Positions 57,675 to 64,000 of a stretch of DNA of 64,000 nucleotides are shown in pieces (within the stretch, counting starts at the first letter, position 1; every line of letters starts with the position of its first letter). The position numbers and the translations under genes were made by a program. The stretch is from a virus, in IMG/VR virus record IMGVR_UViG_3300042731_009106, positions 32,001 through 96,000 of that record, one strand, 5' to 3'. The notes under the pieces are model-generated. The model made no database searches. It was not told the DNA's origin and worked only from the letters and a program-made list of their open reading frames with translations.

Positions 57675-58038
57675 GGGCGTGTACTGGATTCGATTTAAAT
57701 TGAATGGGTATACTGCAAGTAGGAGTTGCATCTGGCTCCTAAAAAAGGTGCAAAAATCTACATGGCAATAAGTCACGTGTTAAAGCTTTCGCCTTCAAAA
57801 AGCGCGAGCTTGCTTTAGCAGCATAAGTCTGCTACCTCATAACCTTTGACGCAGATAAAGGGATTATGGGGTCATTAATCTGCAAAACAGATAAAAGTTT
57901 ATCCATATCATAAACTGTAAATAATTGAAATGGTTAGTTGGATGTTTATATCATAACTATAAAAAAAATAAACTAAACTTGTAGATGTATATTACGGAAG
58001 ATTTAAAGACGCGGGTTCAACTCCCGCCACGTCCACCA
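57675..58038 (+). ncRNA. ssrA: tmRNA (transfer-messenger RNA)
   Basis: GGGCGTG/CACGTCC acceptor stem with G3:U70, ACCA end, T-arm GCGGG-TTCAACT-CCCGC, pk1 (AGGAG/CTCCT, GCATC/GGTGC), tag ORF 57764-57826 ending ELALAA*. Confidence 0.95.
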
Positions 58039-58053
58039 TTTTTAAAATAAAAC

Positions 58054-58082
58054 TTGACTATATGCAAAATATATGTCATACT
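58054..58082 (+). promoter_or_regulatory. sigma70-type promoter
   Basis: TTGACT-17 nt-CATACT, 8 nt before ATG 58091. Confidence 0.6.
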
Positions 58083-58090
58083 TAACAATT

Positions 58091-58627
58091 ATGAATCTTT
58101 TATACAAAACAAAAACCTATCTAGTTGGCCACATGCAATATGTTAGTGGTAGAAATTGGCGTGAAGATGTCACTCAAAAGCTAGAACCTTTAAACATTAC
58201 ATGTTTTGATCCATATAAAAAACCATTTATGAAAGACGTAGAGGAAGATGAAGCGTCTCGACAAGAAATGGAAACTTGGATGAAAACAAAACAATATGAT
58301 CGAGTAACTGAGCGCATGAAAACTGTTCGCGCATATGATTTAAATTTAGTTGATCGCTCTGACTTCATCATAGCTCATCTTGTTCCTGATGTAGCATCTT
58401 GGGGTAGTGCAGAAGAAATTGTTACAGCCGTACGTGAAAAGAAACCTGTGTTTGTTAGCATGGAAGGCGGAAAAGCTAAAACTCCTCTATGGATGCTTGG
58501 CATGTTTCCTCATAAATATATTTATAATTCTCTTGACGAAATTATTGAGATGTTGTATGCTATAGATAGTGGCGACAAACCAATAGATTCTGATCGCTGG
58601 AGATTGTTACAAAAAAAATTCAGATAA
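58091..58627 (+). CDS. Nucleoside 2-deoxyribosyltransferase / nucleotide N-hydrolase-like protein
   Basis: TYLVGHM, WRE, DP..K, DL.LVDRSD.IIA, SWGSAEE; alternative start at 58073. Confidence 0.8.
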   Translation: MNLLYKTKTYLVGHMQYVSGRNWREDVTQKLEPLNITCFDPYKKPFMKDVEEDEASRQEMETWMKTKQYDRVTERMKTVRAYDLNLVDRSDFIIAHLVPDVASWGSAEEIVTAVREKKPVFVSMEGGKAKTPLWMLGMFPHKYIYNSLDEIIEMLYAIDSGDKPIDSDRWRLLQKKFR

Positions 58628-58655
58628 ACTAGAAAAACTAAAATTAAAAATTATT

Positions 58656-58727
58656 ATGATTACATTTACATTATATTCAATCGGAGCATTCTGCGTATAC
58701 TTATATTTAGGAACTAAACAAAAATAA
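58656..58727 (+). CDS. 23-aa single-TM micropeptide (not in ORF track)
   Basis: MITFTLYSIGAFCVYLYLGTKQK*; A-rich leader; stop 1 nt before the next ATG. Confidence 0.45.
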   Translation: MITFTLYSIGAFCVYLYLGTKQK

Positions 58728-58728
58728 A

Positions 58729-59022
58729 ATGACAACTCAATCTAATATTCCACCTCACATATCTGGTTTATTTTACCAACTTCTTGGAGAACGTAATACC
58801 AAAGTCGCAGACTTTAAGCTTTTAACCTTAAAAGGTTGTGATGATGTCATGTCAACTTCAATTCGACTAAAGGAAACCTTGCAAGACATTGCAAACATAG
58901 AAATTCAATTAGAAGCTTTGGTGGAATTCTATCCAGATCTTAATGAAAAAGGGGATCAATCAACTCCAAGCTCAGTAAATCCGGATGACAATCCAATTGG
59001 AGCTGACTCACAAATGCTTTAA
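58729..59022 (+). CDS. Hypothetical protein
   Basis: 97 aa helical ORF. Confidence 0.65.
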   Translation: MTTQSNIPPHISGLFYQLLGERNTKVADFKLLTLKGCDDVMSTSIRLKETLQDIANIEIQLEALVEFYPDLNEKGDQSTPSSVNPDDNPIGADSQML

Positions 59023-59310
59023 TTTATTAATTAAATCTCCGTAATTATATTCGTTTATATATTGAAAACCAATTCTCTTTTTTGGTCCAACACTGACTCC
59101 TTCTTGCCTTTCTCCCTCTAGGATTAATTCTTGAACAAAGTCGTGAGCGCCATAATTTTTAATCCACTGCCAATATAAACTACGAGTTCCCTGTTTACAT
59201 CTTATTATATTTTCTGCTTCAAGAAAAACTTGAGCATACAAAGTTACATCTCTAAAACAATGTACTGAGCTAGGTGGTTCAGTCAACACCGAATCATAAA
59301 TTATAACCAT
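59008..59310 (-). CDS. Hypothetical protein (reverse strand)
   Basis: 100 aa; minus-strand GTGTAT 8 nt before its ATG. Confidence 0.7.
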   Translation of the reverse strand: MVIIYDSVLTEPPSSVHCFRDVTLYAQVFLEAENIIRCKQGTRSLYWQWIKNYGAHDFVQELILEGERQEGVSVGPKKRIGFQYINEYNYGDLINKLKHL

Positions 59311-59318
59311 AAATTATT

Positions 59319-59324
59319 ATACAC
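59319..59324 (-). promoter_or_regulatory. GTGTAW motif (minus strand)
   Basis: atacac on plus strand; 8 nt before ATG 59310. Confidence 0.55.
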
Positions 59325-59327
59325 ATT

Positions 59328-59606
59328 ATGTTAGAAGACAATCAAAAAGAAAAAGTTAACTCTTGGAAAGAACGTGAATTAGGAGCCTTCTGGACTCAGG
59401 ATAGCAAAAAAGGTAAGTATTTATCTGGCTCGGTTGACTTGGCCAAGCTTACAGGTGATGGCAAAATGCGCGTGGTCATGTTTCCAAATAGCAACAAAGA
59501 AAATGACAATCAGCCTGACTATATTTTATATGTTTCAAAGGATGCTCAGCCTCAAGCTAGCAATGGTGAAACAAAAAAAGCAGAAATTCCAGAAACTTTA
59601 GTGTAA
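59328..59606 (+). CDS. DUF736-like OB-fold protein (putative ssDNA-binding)
   Basis: ELGA.W.....G.YLSG, F.N..K....PDY..Y. Confidence 0.7.
   Translation: MLEDNQKEKVNSWKERELGAFWTQDSKKGKYLSGSVDLAKLTGDGKMRVVMFPNSNKENDNQPDYILYVSKDAQPQASNGETKKAEIPETLV
59601..59606 (+). promoter_or_regulatory. GTGTAW motif
   Basis: GTGTAA (includes the upstream stop codon) 12 nt before ATG 59619. Confidence 0.5.
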
Positions 59607-59618
59607 TTTAATGCACAA

Positions 59619-60731
59619 ATGAATGTTCAATACGGATTAATTAGTACCTCAGAACTCCTTAAAGAGAGGGATCCAGATAGTTCTTATACCTTTTCAGGTA
59701 TAACTGTCAGAAATTTTAACGCCGCCAAAGAAAGCTCAGGAATCGAAGGAGCTTTATCTGAACTCTCTAATCGTATTCATCATAATTTGCGATTAACCGA
59801 AAATATCATTGAGTTCTTACCGAAAGTTAAAATCACTCATTACCGTATTAGTAATTCTTTGTTCAGTATACTTTCAGATTTCTCGGATGGTGTTGCTGTT
59901 ACAATTCAGGATCTCCCTGACTCTCAAGAAATTATTGCTAAAATACGAGAAATAGGATTTCTTGCTAGACAAAACAATATCACATTATCTGTCTATCCAG
60001 ATTCAACTACTAGTTTGACAAGCACTGACGAGCAAGCTATCGACAGAGCTGTTAAAGAACTTAATTTTCATAGCTGGTTTCTTGATACTGCTGGATTTCC
60101 CTCAAATCCATCTAGCCCAATTATCATAAAGCCTTTTGCGCAACCTAGCTCTAGTAGTCATGAAGCAGCAGTTGAGTTTGTAAAAAGTTTTTACGAAAGC
60201 TATAAAAAACTTGATAGAGAAACTCAAAGTAGAATAGTAATACAGAATGAAGATGAAGGTTTTTGGAATGCGATTAATTTATTTAAATATTTTCATGTTT
60301 ATTTAAACGAAAAATTCAAAGAAGGCATGGTATTAAGTTACCACAACTATGCCGATCAAATGAATCCGGGCATGTTGGGTTCTGATGCCGTTTCGATTGA
60401 TGTTAATGTTGGAGCTTTTCATGAAACTTGGAAAGGTGTTGTGCCGATTTTCTTATGGTCAGAAAAAGATCGTGGGAATCCACAAGTTTCATCAGAATAT
60501 CTATCTGAACCAATTCCAGATTTTAATTATCAAATTAAATGGGAATGCGATGTGAGAAAAAGGGATAAGGCTATTGTTAAATTTACAATGCCTGAGGACG
60601 AAGATAAAGTTACTGAAGAAGTCATAATGACTATAACTAAAAATAAATACAAAAGGTCTAGCGACGCATCAAAAGCCTTTAATGCACTATATGACAAATC
60701 CTCCAATGCCCAATCGCCAAACCAAATATAA
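59619..60731 (+). CDS. UvsE/UVDE-like TIM-barrel protein with degenerate catalytic residues
   Basis: N-terminal G.IS, NL.....I..F, YRIS..LF, R..IQNED, W...VPIF.WSE, WECDV..RDKAI. Confidence 0.75.
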   Translation: MNVQYGLISTSELLKERDPDSSYTFSGITVRNFNAAKESSGIEGALSELSNRIHHNLRLTENIIEFLPKVKITHYRISNSLFSILSDFSDGVAVTIQDLPDSQEIIAKIREIGFLARQNNITLSVYPDSTTSLTSTDEQAIDRAVKELNFHSWFLDTAGFPSNPSSPIIIKPFAQPSSSSHEAAVEFVKSFYESYKKLDRETQSRIVIQNEDEGFWNAINLFKYFHVYLNEKFKEGMVLSYHNYADQMNPGMLGSDAVSIDVNVGAFHETWKGVVPIFLWSEKDRGNPQVSSEYLSEPIPDFNYQIKWECDVRKRDKAIVKFTMPEDEDKVTEEVIMTITKNKYKRSSDASKAFNALYDKSSNAQSPNQI

Positions 60732-61185
60732 AACTCTATTTTCAGAATTAGCTGAATCCAAAGGTTACAAGATTCTTGAGCCTAGTTTTTCTGAAAAGAA
60801 GGCTAATATAGATTTAAAACTCGAAGGTCATATTGGTGGCAAAAAAACAATTGTTTCCATCGACATTAAAAAAAGTAACCAACACTCAAATCAATGGGTC
60901 TACATAGAATTTGACAATTCCAAAGGCGGTAAAGGATGGATTTATGGAAAATGTCAATTTGTTGTTTTTGAAACAAAGAAAAGCTTTATTTTTGTTCCAC
61001 GAAAAAAACTTCTCACTTGGTTAACTTCCTCTCAAACTATTCGTTTTGACTTGCCTTATGTTGATAAGCCTTGGAATTCTAAATATAGATTATTTCGCAG
61101 AAAAAATACACTTGAAACTATCACGCAAATTAAAGTAAGTGACTTACTAAGCATCGAGGGTCATCAAGTATGGCAGAAGCTTTAA
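60682..61185 (+). CDS. PD-(D/E)XK-like nuclease
   Basis: IDL.L......SIDIKK, WVYIEF....G..GWIYG; start may be 60706. Confidence 0.6.
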   Translation: MHYMTNPPMPNRQTKYKTLFSELAESKGYKILEPSFSEKKANIDLKLEGHIGGKKTIVSIDIKKSNQHSNQWVYIEFDNSKGGKGWIYGKCQFVVFETKKSFIFVPRKKLLTWLTSSQTIRFDLPYVDKPWNSKYRLFRRKNTLETITQIKVSDLLSIEGHQVWQKL

Positions 61186-61328
61186 AAATAATATTTGAAA
61201 ATTTTTGGACTTTTTCTGGTACTCTAGTTATAATATTAGTAATTGGACATTCATTAGCTTTACCTTTTTATTGGTACTATAAAATTAAACAAAATAAATT
61301 AAATAAATCTATCTGGAATCATCAATGA
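61170..61328 (+). CDS. 52-aa TM protein (not in ORF track)
   Basis: MAEALKIIFENFWTFSGTLVIILVIGHSLALPFYWYYKIKQNKLNKSIWNHQ*; ATGA-coupled to the next ORF. Confidence 0.6.
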   Translation: MAEALKIIFENFWTFSGTLVIILVIGHSLALPFYWYYKIKQNKLNKSIWNHQ

Positions 61329-61474
61329 AACCTAATAATTCTTGCAGTAAAGGCAAATGCCCAGCTCCAAAAATTCAAAACAAACATCGCAATGGAAAAG
61401 GTGACAAGCCTCGCCCATTCGAAAAAAAACAGTATGATAAAAACTATGAATCAATTAATTGGAAAAAAAGATAA
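61325..61474 (+). CDS. 49-aa basic protein, GKGDKPRP-type small phage protein (not in ORF track)
   Basis: MKPNNSCSKGKCPAPKIQNKHRNGKGDKPRPFEKKQYDKNYESINWKKR*. Confidence 0.65.
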   Translation: MKPNNSCSKGKCPAPKIQNKHRNGKGDKPRPFEKKQYDKNYESINWKKR

Positions 61475-61652
61475 GCAAACATTTTATGTAGTCACTCGCA
61501 ACGGTCGTAGAGCTTGGCCTAAAGACTACTGGACTATTCAAGAAGCTCAAAATCATGCCCAAAAACTTATTCAAAGTTTAAAAAATTATAAAGATCCAGA
61601 TTACAAAAAAGTAGTAATCATGGAAACAGAAGATCCAGAATCTATTACTTAA
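61446..61652 (+). CDS. Small hypothetical protein
   Basis: Start refined to MNQLIG (61446); YVVTRNGRR. Confidence 0.65.
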   Translation: MNQLIGKKDKQTFYVVTRNGRRAWPKDYWTIQEAQNHAQKLIQSLKNYKDPDYKKVVIMETEDPESIT

Positions 61653-61682
61653 TACTTGACAATATAATTTCTATATAGTATA

Positions 61683-62111
61683 ATGGCTTCACAATCTAAA
61701 TTAGATGAAGCTTATCTTAAAATCTGTAATACATGGTCTCAACTTTCCCATGCTAGACGTAAGAAAGTTGGATGTATAATAGTAAAAGATGGAGCAATTA
61801 TATCTGATGGATACAATGGCACACCGAAAGGGTTTGACAATGATTGTGAAATAACATATAATGGAAAACTTAAAACAAAAGATGAAGTCTTACATGCTGA
61901 AAGTAATGCTATTACAAAACTCGCCAAGTCTACGCAGACTAGCATTGGGGCGACAATGTATATTACAATTTCACCTTGTGTAGAATGCTCAAAACTAATT
62001 ATTCAATCAGGAATATCTAGAGTGGTATACAAAGACTTTTATCGTGACGATAGAGGAATCCAATTATTAAAACAAGCTAATATAGAAGTACAAAAATATG
62101 AATACAGATAA
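61683..62111 (+). CDS. dCMP deaminase
   Basis: KVGCIIV, II..GYNG.P.G, LHAESNAI.K, SPC.ECSKLIIQSGI. Confidence 0.93.
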   Translation: MASQSKLDEAYLKICNTWSQLSHARRKKVGCIIVKDGAIISDGYNGTPKGFDNDCEITYNGKLKTKDEVLHAESNAITKLAKSTQTSIGATMYITISPCVECSKLIIQSGISRVVYKDFYRDDRGIQLLKQANIEVQKYEYR

Positions 62112-62313
62112 ACTAACATCAGTTATTAATTATACATTAAATAAATTTTGCCCAATAGTGGTAATTACATTTCTTGCCTTCCTCAAGATGGGTTTTGAAA
62201 CTTGGGAGCCATATGTAATAGTAGGACTTGTTCTTTTTGCTATGAATTTTCACTACAAAGTAGGATACAGTGTTGCAATTTGTGAAGAAAGGGGGCTACT
62301 AGATGATGAGTAA
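62098..62313 (+). CDS. Small membrane protein
   Basis: Two hydrophobic segments. Confidence 0.65.
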   Translation: MNTDKLTSVINYTLNKFCPIVVITFLAFLKMGFETWEPYVIVGLVLFAMNFHYKVGYSVAICEERGLLDDE

Positions 62314-62557
62314 TTTATCATTTGCGAAGAAGATAAAATCAAAGCTTAGTTGTTTATTTTGTAAAAGATATTATATTGTTTACAAAAATTCGAATGGCAA
62401 AATAAAAACATACCAAGTTGGAAACATAAATCTTTTCAATTCTTTTGGTAATAAATCATCCAACAGAGATAATGTTGGATTCAAAGCTTATTGTTTTGGT
62501 AGGCAAGAGGTTAGATCATTTAGGCATGATCGTATTATCTCAATTACAAAAAAATAA
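62303..62557 (+). CDS. Stand-alone WYL-like domain protein
   Basis: GFKAYCFGRQEVRSFRHDRI matches the WYL signature. Confidence 0.7.
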   Translation: MMSNLSFAKKIKSKLSCLFCKRYYIVYKNSNGKIKTYQVGNINLFNSFGNKSSNRDNVGFKAYCFGRQEVRSFRHDRIISITKK

Positions 62558-62560
62558 ATT

Positions 62561-63097
62561 TTGTATTTTTTATTTGAAATTGCCCTCATTGGGTGTATAA
62601 TATATCTCAGTTATACAATATTTTTATTAAAGAAAAACCAACTTAACGCCGATTCATTAGAAAAAGAAAACGAATTCCTAAAGAATCAATTTAACCAATC
62701 TCAAGAATATCTCAGTAAACAGCAAAAATCTATAGAAGATTATCGCCAAGAATTAGAATATAAAGAAAAACTCCTAATTGAAACTAATCAAACTTTAGAA
62801 CAAAAACTTGCTGAAGAGACTGACAAACTTAAAAAACTAACACATCAAAAAAAGAGTAGCGAAGTCCGCCTTGGTCATATTGCGGAAACCTTAGCTCCCT
62901 TTTTAGATCAGTTTGATTTTGAACCCGAACAGTGTAGCTTCCTTGGTCAACCAATTGACTATATTTCATTTGGAGACGATGTCGTTACCTTTATCGAAGT
63001 AAAGAGCGGTAAGAGTCAATTAAACTCAAAACAACGACATATTAGAGATTTAGTCAAGAACAACTGTGTGGAATGGAAAGAAATTAGAATACAGTAA
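62561..63097 (+). CDS. Membrane-anchored Holliday-junction-resolvase-like endonuclease (Endonuc_Holl family)
   Basis: N-terminal TM plus coiled coil; SS.V..G.I.E.LAPF, FLG.PID.I.F, FIEVKSG.S.L...Q. Confidence 0.8.
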   Translation: MYFLFEIALIGCIIYLSYTIFLLKKNQLNADSLEKENEFLKNQFNQSQEYLSKQQKSIEDYRQELEYKEKLLIETNQTLEQKLAEETDKLKKLTHQKKSSEVRLGHIAETLAPFLDQFDFEPEQCSFLGQPIDYISFGDDVVTFIEVKSGKSQLNSKQRHIRDLVKNNCVEWKEIRIQ

Positions 63098-63117
63098 ATT
63101 TTAACCCATAAATTATT

Positions 63118-63762
63118 ATGAAACTAAAACTAACATCATTATTAGTAGCCCTTGGGCTCCTTACTAACGCCGCATTTGCGGGAAATTCAGCTAAAATCGG
63201 ATACGCTTCTGACTTCTTTTATAGAGGAGCTCAAAAGTCTCTAGAGTCTGTTCAAGCAGCGCTTGATTTAGAGTCTTCAGTTCTTGGTCTTAATGGCAGC
63301 CTACATGCATGCACTAATCAATCAGTTGATGAAGGTGTTGACAGCTATCGTTTTGCTGCTGGCTTAGGTGCTTCTTTGGGAGATTTGCTTGCCGTTTATG
63401 GCGGATTTAATCATTTTGAAGATGTTGCTGGTGAAGCTTTATCTGAAATTGAGTTGAGAGCATCTGTTGATATGCTTGGTAATCCAAGTGTTTCAGCGTA
63501 TCGTGATTTAGATGATGATCTATACACATTTGAAGGCTCTTTGTCTCATTCAATTAATGTGTCAATTGCTGATCTTGAAGTTCGTGGTTCTTTAGGCAAT
63601 ACAGATGTTACTGCTTCCAATAATCGCACTTACTACTCTGTTGGTGCTGGTTTAAGTAGAGCTCTTGGCGGAGCTACTGTTGGAGCTTCTGTAGATCTTG
63701 TGGATTCTGACGACATCGAGCGTGAGTTTGTGTTTGGCACAGCTCTTACTTTTAATTTCTAA
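63118..63762 (+). CDS. Outer-membrane beta-barrel/porin-like protein
   Basis: Signal peptide (…AAFA), YASDFFYRG, amphipathic strands, C-terminal TFNF. Confidence 0.75.
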   Translation: MKLKLTSLLVALGLLTNAAFAGNSAKIGYASDFFYRGAQKSLESVQAALDLESSVLGLNGSLHACTNQSVDEGVDSYRFAAGLGASLGDLLAVYGGFNHFEDVAGEALSEIELRASVDMLGNPSVSAYRDLDDDLYTFEGSLSHSINVSIADLEVRGSLGNTDVTASNNRTYYSVGAGLSRALGGATVGASVDLVDSDDIEREFVFGTALTFNF

Positions 63763-63785
63763 TTTTAATCTAAAATAGATATAAT

Positions 63786-64000
63786 ATGAAAGAAACACTA
63801 AAAACAATCAGTGGAGCAGTAAAAGGTATTGCTGCTACATTACTTAGCGTTCTTGGCCTACTAGTAGTAGTTCAAGCTGTATTCGGAGCTTCTGCTCCTG
63901 TCAATGTCATCGGCAACCTCCAAGGTCTTCTTGGTGGATTTGTCGGAGCGGGTGCTAATTTCACTTCTTTTGTGACTTTAGTATTGGTGGTTGCTCTTGT
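63786..64000 (+). CDS. Gly-rich membrane protein (3' truncated; not in ORF track)
   Basis: MKETLKTISGAVKGIAATLLSVLGLLVVVQAVFG...; frame open to the window end. Confidence 0.7.
   Translation, partial: MKETLKTISGAVKGIAATLLSVLGLLVVVQAVFGASAPVNVIGNLQGLLGGFVGAGANFTSFVTLVLVVAL

Noticed and set aside
5433-61945. Antisense or alternate-frame ORFs in the track (e.g. 5433-5867, 8185-8535, 14654-14914, 28740-28961, 33233-33445, 33847-34182, 43581-43859, 52925-53203, 59097-type shadows, 61739-61945)
   Set aside because: They lie within well-supported genes on the other strand or frame and show no motif support
1-64000. Eukaryotic giant virus (NCLDV) origin, suggested by eukaryote-like GTs
   Set aside because: DnaE/DnaB/DnaG/RecA, tmRNA, sigma70 and sigma54 promoters, overlapping operons and an outer-membrane barrel all indicate a bacteriophage
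1-64000. CRISPR array, tRNAs, integrase/transposase, reverse transcriptase/DGR
   Set aside because: No regularly spaced repeats or such genes were seen; the only tRNA-like element is the tmRNA
1-64000. Stop-codon reassignment
   Set aside because: Conserved genes are full length in the standard code and end in TAA, TAG and TGA

Overview
64 kb AT-rich, gene-dense, almost entirely plus-strand segment of a large tailed dsDNA bacteriophage genome (standard genetic code). It encodes a bacterial-type replisome (RecA/UvsX, DnaB, DnaG, Cas4-like nuclease, and a Pol III split into PHP, DnaQ and DnaE genes) and nucleotide metabolism (NrdA, NrdB, NUDIX, dCMP deaminase, NDT-like hydrolase). It also carries a proteostasis set (Hsp20, ClpA/C-type ATPase, full tmRNA at 57675-58038) and probable virion genes. 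About 33 kb in two blocks (6.0-28.7 kb and 34.7-44.3 kb) holds roughly 35 glycan genes: GDP-fucose synthesis, many GT families, sulfotransferases and methyltransferases. Three promoter classes are visible: a recurrent GTGTAW motif 8-12 nt before start codons (candidate phage-specific promoter), sigma70 -35/-10 sites before replication genes, and one sigma54 site before hsp20. The host appears to be a diderm bacterium; PVC/Verrucomicrobiota is a tentative inference only. All family assignments come from motif recognition by eye; no database searches were run.
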